Positions 18,148 through 26,703 of a stretch of 64,000 bases of DNA are shown here, one piece after another. The position numbers were made by a program, and so were the translations under genes. The notes beneath the pieces were generated by a model, which was not told the origin of the DNA, did not search any database, and saw only the letters and a list, made by a program, of their open reading frames with translations. This DNA comes from an uncultured Acidobacteriota bacterium (GTDB lineage: Bacteria; Acidobacteriota; UBA4820; DSQY01): assembly GCA_963772255.1 (NCBI GenBank), contig CAVYWK010000022.1:149797-213796 (forward strand), in the 5' to 3' direction. Within the stretch, counting starts at the first letter, position 1. The number at the start of each line of letters is the position of its first letter.

Positions 18148-20000
18148 ATGAAGAAGGCTATTTTCGCGGGATTAACACTGGCAGTGGCCGGCACCATGGT
18201 TTGGGCCGCTTCAAACAAAGCCCCGGTGATGGGCGGCGGCAGCGTCGTCGTGCCCGTGGCCAAAGAGCAGAGCTTGCAGAAGCTGCTCAACAGCCGCTAC
18301 TCCAAGGCTGAGCTTGCGGCTGGGACCTACGTGGGTTCCGAGTTCTGCCTTTCGTGCCATACCGGTTCCATCGCGCCCAACCAGACCTCTTGGCGCGACA
18401 CCTACCACGCTCACGCGCTCCGCCAGCCCATGGGCATGTACAGCCTGCAGCCGGGCCTGGGCGTTTTGGCGGATTACGATCATAACGGAGTGGACGACTT
18501 CAAGCAGGGCCTGGACTTCAACGCCGATCAGCTCCAACTTCGACTGCCACCAAGCCCAACGCCCCCATCCTCTCCTACAACGCCGCCGACGACACCTACT
18601 GGATCCAGCTCGGACCCGACGGGCCTCAAGGTTCAGGTCGTGGCCACCTGGGCCGGCCAGAGCGCGACCAACGGCCAGCGCTTCATGGTCCGCGTTCCCG
18701 TGAGCGACACGCCCTCCGGCTGGAGCGCGGCCATCTACTTCGCCCCCTTCGCCTGGGGTGGAACGGCCTACTCGCGACAACTCCAAGTACTGGTACACGG
18801 GCAGCACGCCCAAGTACGCCCCGGGCGTGACCACGGCCCAGCTCGGCACTCGACCACCGGGCTCCAGGGCCAGAACTACCTGCCAGAACTGCTCGGGCTG
18901 CCACATCACCGGCGTCCGCAAGGCCTTCGTGACGACGCAGCGGCGAGTACGTCGTGAACCCCTACCCGGCGTCCCTCGTCCCCGAGAACAGCCCCAACTA
19001 CCCCGACCTGGACGGCGACGGCCTCCCGGACATGGCCAACATCGGCTGCGAGAGCTGCCACGGCCCCGGCTCCGCCCACATCCTTGCCGGCGGCGACCCC
19101 TCCAAGATCGTGAACCCCGCCGACCTGCCCGCGAGCACCGGCTACGCCCAGGCCAACCAGGCCCGGTCCGGCGTGTGCCTCCAGTGCCACGTCCAGACCG
19201 GCTCCTGCGCCCACCAAGAAGTGGGGCTTCACCTTCGACGAGACCACGAATACGCCCTTCCGGGTGGCCAACCCCCTGCCGGACCTCACCCAGTACCAGG
19301 TCTCCAAGGCCGTGAAGTGGCCCGACGGCGTCGCCTACAGCACGGAGCGCATCGACAGCTACCGCAGCAGCGCCCACTACGAGGGCAGCCACGGCATCGC
19401 CTGCAACGACTGCCACGACGCCCACGCCATCACCGAGAACGGGACCAACCAGGTTCGCGACACCATCACCCGCAGCGGCGTCACCGTACACCAACACCAG
19501 CGTCGAGGACGACAGCTTCTGCCTCGCGTGCCACGCACGCGCCCGCGCGTTCCCGACCATCACGCAAGCAGAACGTGATCGACTGGAAGACCGCCGGCTT
19601 CGAGGCCCCCATTCCGGACAGCATCCGCGACGGCATCGAGGCCCACACCCACCACCCCTACGGCGCGAACCGCTCCCTCGGCCTGAGCCGCTGCACAGGC
19701 TGCCACATGGCCTCCAACCACACCTTCTGGGTGGCGGAGCCCGAGAGCACCATCGCCTACAAGGATGTGGTCACCTCCGACACCGTCAAGGGCAACATCA
19801 ACGGGTGCTCCGCCGGCTGCCACCGCGGCCAGGTCATCATCTGGAGCGACGTGCCCGCCAACCTGACCTACACGGACAAGCTCTACAACGGCGCCAACGA
19901 GATCAGCCTCGCCAACCACCTGGTGCAGTACTTCGGCCCCGGCGGCGAGTGGTTTGACACCACGCCCGCCTCGGCGCCCGTGGCCCAGGACTGGAAGTAG
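18148..20000 (+). CDS. Multiheme c-type cytochrome (eight or more haem sites, about 617 aa), secreted. The reading frame is disrupted at least eight times.
   Basis: ATG at 18148 with AGGAGG 7 nt upstream. Signal peptide MKKAIFAGLTLAVAGTMVWAAS without a lipobox Cys. Haem motifs CLSCH, CSGCH, CESCH, CLQCH, CNDCH, CLACH, CTGCH plus CSAGCH (CX3CH) are spread over four frames, with protein-like sequence continuing across frame switches. Terminator follows. Confidence 0.65.
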
Positions 20001-20026
20001 TCCCAACACTCGGTACTCGTACCCGC

Positions 20027-20056
20027 GAGGGGGGCTTCGGCCCCCCTCTTTTTTTA
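20027..20056 (+). terminator. Rho-independent terminator (GAGGGGGGC-ttcg-GCCCCCCTC followed by TTTTTTT)
   Basis: Perfect GC-rich stem and a 7-T tract immediately after the cytochrome stop at 20000. Confidence 0.7.
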
Positions 20057-20113
20057 TTGGATTTCATGGGGTTAGGGTAGGATTGGTTCGGGAGCCGGGG
20101 TGTTCCCGGATTG

Positions 20114-20665
20114 CTAGTGGTCTTCTGCCCAGACCTCGGCCTCGAACCACTCCACGAGGGTTCCGGACTCCCGCCAAGCCTCCGCGGGGAGACCCGCCTT
20201 GCGGCAGGTTTGGCCCAAGAACTGGACCCGATCCCAACCCCATTCGGGGGCAACCTGGGGCAGGAGCAATCCTTTGCGAGGACCGCGAGTCACGATGAGC
20301 CCGTGGCGGCCCACCTCGATCCGCTCCAGGTCCGCAGGCGCCGGAACCGTGAGCGCGGAGATCTCCACCCGGAGTCCGGAGAGCTCATCCAGGGTGACGG
20401 GAGGGAAGCGGGGGTCCTCCACGGCGGCGGCCACGGCCATGCGGGCCACCGTGGCGTCCAGGGGTCCCGCGGGCAGGATGGTCCCGATGCACCCTCTGAG
20501 GTCCCCCGAAAGGGTACTGAGGGTCACGAAGGCACCTCGCGGCTCCGGCGCGATGGAGTCAAAATCCGCCCCGCGCCTGAGCCGGCGGTGCTCGGCCAGG
20601 TAGACCTCGATGGAGCGCCTGGCCAGGCCCAAAAGAGCCCGGCGAGTCTCTTCGGAAAGAGGCAC
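20114..20665 (-). CDS. AMMECR1 domain protein
   Basis: Characteristic GAFVTLSTLSGDLRGCIG motif. Confidence 0.8.
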   Translation of the reverse strand: MPLSEETRRALLGLARRSIEVYLAEHRRLRRGADFDSIAPEPRGAFVTLSTLSGDLRGCIGTILPAGPLDATVARMAVAAAVEDPRFPPVTLDELSGLRVEISALTVPAPADLERIEVGRHGLIVTRGPRKGLLLPQVAPEWGWDRVQFLGQTCRKAGLPAEAWRESGTLVEWFEAEVWAEDH

Positions 20666-20666
20666 C

Positions 20667-20897
20667 CTAAACGGCCTGGAGTTCGCCGAACCCGGGGATG
20701 GCGCGCTTCAGTTCCCCGTAGACGCCCTGGTAAAGGGTATAGGCGGCACTTGGGCATCCGTGGCAGGCACCCACGAGCTTGACGGTGATGTTGGGCTCTT
20801 GGATGGAGACGATCTCGATGTCGCCGCCGTCCATCTGCAGGGCCGGGCGAATCCGTTCGATGACTTCGCGCACCTGGGTTTCGAACGCTTCGGGCAT
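20667..20897 (-). CDS. NifU-like (Nfu-type) Fe-S cluster scaffold domain protein
   Basis: GGDIEIV...VKLVGACHGCPSAAYTL motif of the NifU C-terminal domain. Confidence 0.8.
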   Translation of the reverse strand: MPEAFETQVREVIERIRPALQMDGGDIEIVSIQEPNITVKLVGACHGCPSAAYTLYQGVYGELKRAIPGFGELQAV

Positions 20898-20943
20898 GGG
20901 GTCCTCCCTCTCGTAAGATGATAAGGATAACGCCGCGCGGGCC

Positions 20944-21600
20944 CTACGGCGACGGGTCAGTGCCCAGAGCGATCCGGCCGGGGCTTTTCAACCAGCGACC
21001 GTAGGCGCTCTCCCCCGCATGGATGGCTGCCCGATATCCGGCGAGCGGCAGGACGGAACCCTCCGCGGCGAGCAGGACTTCTGGGCCTCCGTTGTACACC
21101 GTCAGTGCCGTGTCCCTGGATCCGTAGTGCTGCTCCAGTTTCCCCAGAAGCGCGAATCCCAGCCTGATGTTGGTGGCCGGATCGAAGAGGTCCGCGCGGG
21201 TGGGAGGGGGCATTCCTTCGGAGCGCGCGACGAAGGCGGCCGTGGACGGAAGGAGCTGCGTCAATCCGAGGGCACCCGCCGAGGAGACCGCTTGGAGATC
21301 GAAGCGGCTTTCGTGGTGAATCAGGCTCAAGACCAGGGCCGGATGAAAATGATGCCGTTGGACGACATGGGTGATGGCGTCCACGGCACTTTCGTAGGCC
21401 GGGCGGGGCCACTGCTGGCCGTCCTGGGCCAGGGCGTGCTTGAGCAGGTCGGCCACCTGAAACTGGAGGGGGTCCACCTCCTCCGGCAACCCCCTGGCGA
21501 TTCCGAAATCCTGGATGGAGGAGAACGGCTTATACCAGACGTTGACGAGGAGCACCGAAACGGCAAGAGCGCAGACGAGGCAAAGGGTGGTCAATTTCAA
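20944..21600 (-). CDS. Lytic transglycosylase (SLT domain), secreted
   Basis: SLT motifs HHESRF, ALGLTQLLPSTA, YNGG. N-terminal signal or anchor. Confidence 0.75.
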   Translation of the reverse strand: MKLTTLCLVCALAVSVLLVNVWYKPFSSIQDFGIARGLPEEVDPLQFQVADLLKHALAQDGQQWPRPAYESAVDAITHVVQRHHFHPALVLSLIHHESRFDLQAVSSAGALGLTQLLPSTAAFVARSEGMPPPTRADLFDPATNIRLGFALLGKLEQHYGSRDTALTVYNGGPEVLLAAEGSVLPLAGYRAAIHAGESAYGRWLKSPGRIALGTDPSP

Positions 21601-21720
21601 GGGGTAGGCTCTCCTGTATCCCAGGATAGGGCATGCCCTCCCGACGCGTCAACGCGGGTGTATTCGCGGCCCAGGAAGGGCGGCCTGCGGGAGTCTTGCG
21701 GAAGACTGCCAGGCGACCGC

Positions 21721-23517
21721 CTACATACGGATCCGCATCGTGGCATAGAGGGCGAAGGGCTCGGCGGCCAGCGGCCTCATGGCCTCGTAATCACGGTACG
21801 CCTGAAGGAGCTCGGGCGGGAGCACGGCAATGGTCCGGGCCGCACTCAGTTCGTCCGGGCTGGCCTGCAGGAAGGACTCAAAGAGGCTCTTGGGGCGCGG
21901 GTAGAGCTTGATCCGGACCGGCTCGTCCTTGGCCAGCTTGGCCTTTTCTTTGGCGAGGGCGATGGCCGTGTCTATGCCGCCCAACCGGTCCACCAGACCG
22001 ATCTTCAGGGCGTCCTCACCGGACCAGATGCGCCCCTGTCCCACCTTGTCGATGTCCTCGTAAGATTTTTTTCTGCCATCCGCGGCCTTGCTCACGAAGA
22101 CCTTGTAGAACCCCGCCATCTGGTCCTGGATGAGCGTTTCCTGCTGGGGGGTGAAGGGTGTGTAGCCGCTGAAGATATCGGAGTTCGTCCCCCGCATCAT
22201 GGTTTCTTGCCGGTAATCGATGAAATCCAGGAGGCCCTTGATGACGAACTTGCCGGAGACCACCCCGATGGAACCGGTAATGGTGCTCGGCTGCGCCACG
22301 ATGGCGTCTGCGCCCATGGCGATATAGTAGCCTCCCGAGCCCGCCACATCGGACATGGAAACCACCACGGGCTTGGTCTTGCGCAAGATCTCGATCTGCC
22401 GCCAGATCACGTCCGAGGCCAGGCCCGAACCCCCGGGGCTGTCCACGCGCAGGACCACCGCGGCGACGTCCTTGTCCTCACCCACCTTGCGGAGCATCCT
22501 CACCATGGTGTCCGAACCGATGTTCTCCTCGCTCCCCATGCCGCCTTGGGACGAACCCTCGCCCGACACGATCCCGCCGCTGGCCAGAACGAGGGCGATG
22601 CTCTTGCGGGCGCCGGCCGCCGTATCGGAGCGCTGGTCCCTGATGTAGTCCTCCAGGTACACCCTGCGCCACTTGTCCGGTGTGCCGTTGATCTTCTTCA
22701 GCCCGTCCTCCACCTGGTCGCGGTAGAGAAGATCGTCCACCAGCCCGAGGTCTTTCAACTGTTTGCCCCAGTAGAAGGCCTGATCGATGGCCGACCGGAC
22801 CTGGTCCGGGGAGAGTCTTCGGCTTTTGCTGATGCCCTCCACGATCTGCCGGTAGAAGCTGTCGAGGATGGCATCGGTGGCTTCCCGTTGGGCGTCCGAC
22901 ATTTCCTTCCTCATAAAGGTATCCGAGTAGGACTTGTAGTCGCCGATGTGGTAGAGCTGGGGCTGGATGTGGACCTTGTCGAGGACCCCGCGCAGGAAGG
23001 GCATCTCCGCCACGGGTCCTGCCAGGAGCAGGTCCGCCGACGGGGGCGCGTAAATTTTATCGGCCTCGGTAGCCAGGTAGTAGCCGCCGGTGTGGGCCGA
23101 CTCGAAGTAGGCCCAGACGGGCTTCTTGCTGGCCCTGAAACGCTCCACCGCCTCCCTGATCTCCTGGATCTTTCCCAGGCCGGACGGGAAGGCGGACACG
23201 TCGAGGAGGACGCTCTTGATGCGGTCATCCTTGGCCGCCCGGTCCAGGGCGGAAACCACATCGTAGACACAGTAGAGTTTGGCGTGGAAGAACTCCGTCA
23301 TGAAGGGGTCGGGCTGGGGCTCCTGGAGGGGGCGGTCCAGGACCAAGACGAGCGTGGAGTCCGCCTTCACGCTGACGGTCTTGCCTTTCATGAGAGCGCC
23401 CAGTCCCGCCAGGACCAACACGCCGCCCAGGATGAGGATGCCCACCAGGGCGAGAAACACCAGGAGCCCCCAACGGATTCGTTTCTGGGGCGGGAGGTTG
23501 GGATCACTCTGTGACAT
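21721..23517 (-). CDS. sppA: Signal peptide peptidase SppA (67K type, protease IV)
   Basis: 598 aa, N-terminal TM segment, tandem S49 peptidase domains. Confidence 0.8.
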   Translation of the reverse strand: MSQSDPNLPPQKRIRWGLLVFLALVGILILGGVLVLAGLGALMKGKTVSVKADSTLVLVLDRPLQEPQPDPFMTEFFHAKLYCVYDVVSALDRAAKDDRIKSVLLDVSAFPSGLGKIQEIREAVERFRASKKPVWAYFESAHTGGYYLATEADKIYAPPSADLLLAGPVAEMPFLRGVLDKVHIQPQLYHIGDYKSYSDTFMRKEMSDAQREATDAILDSFYRQIVEGISKSRRLSPDQVRSAIDQAFYWGKQLKDLGLVDDLLYRDQVEDGLKKINGTPDKWRRVYLEDYIRDQRSDTAAGARKSIALVLASGGIVSGEGSSQGGMGSEENIGSDTMVRMLRKVGEDKDVAAVVLRVDSPGGSGLASDVIWRQIEILRKTKPVVVSMSDVAGSGGYYIAMGADAIVAQPSTITGSIGVVSGKFVIKGLLDFIDYRQETMMRGTNSDIFSGYTPFTPQQETLIQDQMAGFYKVFVSKAADGRKKSYEDIDKVGQGRIWSGEDALKIGLVDRLGGIDTAIALAKEKAKLAKDEPVRIKLYPRPKSLFESFLQASPDELSAARTIAVLPPELLQAYRDYEAMRPLAAEPFALYATMRIRM

Positions 23518-23612
23518 CTCTTTCTCCTAAGGCGCGCGAGGCCGATTTCTGCGTCCCGTGGGACCACGACGTTGATTATAGAGGTACGAAGCGTGGGCTC
23601 CAAAGTTCTTGG

Positions 23613-24974
23613 CTAGGACCGTGGTTCTTCCAGAAGCTCCGAGAGTCGGGGCCCGGTCACACCGAGCAGGCGGGCGGCTCGCCGGCGGTCCCCCCCCGTC
23701 AACCTCAGAATCTGCTCTGCCCTCCAGCGACCCTCTGCCATGAGCCAGCGTTCTGGGTCGGTCTCGCCGGCGAAGGCGAGGGATCCCGGAGGCTCGGATC
23801 GGGAGGCGGCCGATCCCTGAAACAGGTCCAGGTCCATGAGCCCGGTCCGGCCGCATAGGATGGCGGCCCTCTCGATGCGGTTCATGAGTTCCCGAACATT
23901 GCCCGGCCACGTTTGATCCGACAGGTAGGCGACCGCCTTCGGGGAGAGCGTGAGATCCGGCCTTCCCAACTCTCGGCGGAAGTGCTCGACGAACCTGGCC
24001 GCCAAAAGCGGAATGTCCTCGCGGCGCTCTCTCAGGGGCGGCACCCGGATGGGAAACGCGCTCAGGCGGTAGTAGAGGTCCTGTCGGAAGGTCTTCAAGG
24101 ACATCATTTCTTGGAGATCCTTGTTGGTGGCGCAGAGGATGCGCACGTCCACCGAGACGGGCTTGGTGCCCCCCACCCGGTTGAAGGTCTTTTCCTCGAT
24201 CACCCGCAGAAGCTTGGCCTGGAGCTCGGGACTCATCTCCCCGATTTCGTCCAGGAAAATGGTGCCCCGATGGGCGCACTCGAAGCGGCCGATGCGCGCC
24301 TCGTGGGCGCCCGTATAGGCACCCTTTTCATGGCCGAATAGCTCGTTCTCCAGAAGGGTCCCCGGGATGGCGGCGCAGTTCACGGCCACGAAGGGCTCCC
24401 GGGCCCTCGGACTGGCCGCGTGAATGGCTCTGGCGAAGAGTTCCTTGCCGACGCCCGTCTCTCCGAACAGCAGGCAGGTGGTATCCGTGGGCGCGATGCG
24501 CGATGCCGCTTCACGGGTCAATTCAAGGGCTTTGCTCTGCCCGACGATGGCCTGAAATGCCGGTGACCGGGCCAAATCCGCCGACAGGGCCTCCCGCACC
24601 CTGTCCTGCCTTCCCGCGTCCAGGGTCTTCTGGACCAGGAAGAGAAGGTGGTCCGGATCCACGGGCTTGGCCATGAAATCTGATGCCCCCGATTTCATGG
24701 CGTCCACGGCGACCTCCACGGAGCCGTAGGCCGTGAGGAGGATCACAGGCGCCAGGGGCCACCGCGCCCGGCTCGCCCTCAGCAGGTCCAGCCCGTTGTG
24801 CACGGGCATCTTCAGGTCAAACAGGGCCAGGTCGTATCCGCCCGACTCGATGAGTTCCATGGCCAGGCGCCCATCGGCTGCCTCGGCCACGTCGAATCCC
24901 GCGCGCCTCAGCGTTTCGGCCAGAGCCTGCCGGAGGGTGGCCCGGTCCTCGGCCAGCAGCAGGCGCACCGTCAT
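23613..24974 (-). CDS. Sigma-54-dependent response regulator (NtrC family), orphan
   Basis: Receiver domain (DLKMP), AAA+ sigma-54 activator (GETGVGKE, GAYTGA, ESELFGHEKGAFTGA-like) and C-terminal HTH. No histidine kinase is adjacent. Confidence 0.85.
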   Translation of the reverse strand: MTVRLLLAEDRATLRQALAETLRRAGFDVAEAADGRLAMELIESGGYDLALFDLKMPVHNGLDLLRASRARWPLAPVILLTAYGSVEVAVDAMKSGASDFMAKPVDPDHLLFLVQKTLDAGRQDRVREALSADLARSPAFQAIVGQSKALELTREAASRIAPTDTTCLLFGETGVGKELFARAIHAASPRAREPFVAVNCAAIPGTLLENELFGHEKGAYTGAHEARIGRFECAHRGTIFLDEIGEMSPELQAKLLRVIEEKTFNRVGGTKPVSVDVRILCATNKDLQEMMSLKTFRQDLYYRLSAFPIRVPPLRERREDIPLLAARFVEHFRRELGRPDLTLSPKAVAYLSDQTWPGNVRELMNRIERAAILCGRTGLMDLDLFQGSAASRSEPPGSLAFAGETDPERWLMAEGRWRAEQILRLTGGDRRRAARLLGVTGPRLSELLEEPRS

Positions 24975-25432
24975 GGGTTCGGCTCCGCGGCGAGCTTCTG
25001 GAGTCCTGCTTCGATCTCCTTGACCCGGTCCTCGTCCCGGCGAATCCAGGTTCGGAGGTTCTCCCGGGCCGTCTGCATGTCGGCAACCCCCTGCCGGAGC
25101 ATCTCGTTGAGGATGGCCTCGGTGGTATAGGTACCCTCCACTGCAGCAAGCCGCGCCCGAAGCCCGTCAATCCTGTCAGTGAGATCCCTGCGCTCCTTCA
25201 CGAGGCCGTCCCGCCGGGTGTCCATCTCCCGCTGGGCCCGGGTGGGCTCGTTCTTCATCTCCAAAAGCAGGTCGAAATCTCGGTCCCACGCCAGGGCTTC
25301 ATCCCCTGCGGAAGTGGCGGTGCCAGAGGAAGGCTGAGACTTGGGAGACGTCTCGCCGGCGGGCATCTGTGCCGTCGCGGAAGAAGCCGCCATCAGAAGC
25401 AACGCCGCCAGGCGTAAGAGAGGGTCCCTCAT
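24971..25432 (-). CDS. Small secreted coiled-coil protein of unknown function, translationally coupled to the downstream sigma-54 activator
   Basis: Signal peptide MRDPLLRLAALLLMAASSATAQ. Its stop overlaps the regulator start (ATGA). Confidence 0.5.
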   Translation of the reverse strand: MRDPLLRLAALLLMAASSATAQMPAGETSPKSQPSSGTATSAGDEALAWDRDFDLLLEMKNEPTRAQREMDTRRDGLVKERRDLTDRIDGLRARLAAVEGTYTTEAILNEMLRQGVADMQTARENLRTWIRRDEDRVKEIEAGLQKLAAEPNP

Positions 25433-25631
25433 GGGTTAAGTATAACCCTGAAGGACCCCGCATGGCTGCGCCGACACGGAGTCCCTCTTCGCGCTCGAGA
25501 GCCCGACGGCGTGCCAACTCTCTGCGGGGAACGAACTTCTATCGCGGTGTCCTCCGTGTCTCAAGGAAGAGAGCGCATGTTACGAGGAATTTAGGAAGCC
25601 TGCTGCGGTATACTTTGTATCTGGAGACGCC

Positions 25632-25964
25632 ATGGAAACGCGCCTGGATCCGACCGCCATCTTCAAGGGCCTGCTCGTCACCGACGAAGACTTGGTGGTG
25701 GATGGCGCCCTGGAGGGGTCCATCCATTCCTCGGCACTCGTGACGGTGGCCCCGGGAGGGCGAGTGACGGGGAAGATCCGGGCCCGGGATGTGGAGGTGG
25801 CGGGTACCGTCGAGGGCGACATCTGGGCGAGCAACCACGTGCACCTGGCTCCCACGGGGCATATTCAGGGCGATGTGAGCGCCATCCATCTCAGGGTGGA
25901 CGACGGCGGGGTGATGCAGGGCCGGATCCTCACCGAGCCCGATCTCCCGAAACGCCCCGGATGA
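25632..25964 (+). CDS. Bactofilin (cytoskeletal polymer, DUF583)
   Basis: Repetitive beta-helix pattern typical of bactofilins (VTGKIRARDVEVAGTVEGDIWAS..HLAPTGHIQGDVSA). Confidence 0.75.
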   Translation: METRLDPTAIFKGLLVTDEDLVVDGALEGSIHSSALVTVAPGGRVTGKIRARDVEVAGTVEGDIWASNHVHLAPTGHIQGDVSAIHLRVDDGGVMQGRILTEPDLPKRPG

Positions 25965-26103
25965 AGTCCGCCCTCCGTCCCAGGCACCGAGGTTGACGGC
26001 AGGGGTGGAGCATCCTCACCCTGTTACCGAGATGGTGGCGGGCGGCCGAGGCTCCTGTTGGAGGGAATCCTTCGCAGAGTGGTGGAGGCGGGTCGGCCCG
26101 GAC

Positions 26104-26688
26104 ATGGCTGAGAAATCGATTTTCACGACTTGGGAGGCGGGGCGATACTGCGGGGTGAGCCCCTACACGGTTCGCTATTGGGTCCGCGCGGGCAAGCTTC
26201 AGGCCTACGTCACCCCGGGAGGACACCGCAGAATCCGGCGCCAGGACTTGGACGCGTTTCTTCTCGCCCACGGCATGCCCCTCCCTTCGGATTTCAAATC
26301 GGGCAGCAAGCGGGTCCTGCTTCTCATGTCCGAATCGGAGAGCCTGATTCGTAGCCTGGAAGGCCATTCCGGAGCATTCGAGTTCAGGGCCGCGCCCTCC
26401 CCCTTCGATGCGGGGATGTTGCTGACCACTTATGACCCTCACCTCTTTATCGTGGAGTTGGACGCGGAGGGCTGGGACGGCCTGGCGCTCTGCAGGCGAA
26501 TTCACGAGACGCCTCAGACCGCTCACATTCAGCTCGCGGCCCTGGCCCGGGAGATCACCGTCGAACTCCTCGAAGCGGCTCAGGCCGCCGGGGTTCTGAG
26601 GTGCTTCACCAGGCCGCTGGACCCCAAGGAGGTCCGCCGCCTGCTCAGCGTGCTTTTCCCCCACGCCTCGTGGGTCCCGTCTCCGTAG
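26104..26688 (+). CDS. Excisionase/MerR-type HTH DNA-binding domain fused to an atypical receiver-like domain
   Basis: HTH_17-like segment TTWEAGRYCGVSPYTVRYWVRAGKLQAYVTPGGHRRIRRQDLDAFL. A REC-like fold follows, with IVELD and TRPLD elements but without the N-terminal acidic pair. Confidence 0.55.
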   Translation: MAEKSIFTTWEAGRYCGVSPYTVRYWVRAGKLQAYVTPGGHRRIRRQDLDAFLLAHGMPLPSDFKSGSKRVLLLMSESESLIRSLEGHSGAFEFRAAPSPFDAGMLLTTYDPHLFIVELDAEGWDGLALCRRIHETPQTAHIQLAALAREITVELLEAAQAAGVLRCFTRPLDPKEVRRLLSVLFPHASWVPSP

Positions 26689-26703
26689 GTCGGACTCCCC
26701 GGC

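Noticed and set aside
18530-18640. Pro/Thr/Ser-rich linker (PPSPTPPSSPTTPPTTPTGSS) in the first frame of the large cytochrome
   Set aside because: The two other frames over the same bases give ordinary globular sequence (NFDCHQ..., KPNAPILSYNAADDTYWIQLGPDG) that joins the flanking protein sequence. The linker is a frameshift artefact.
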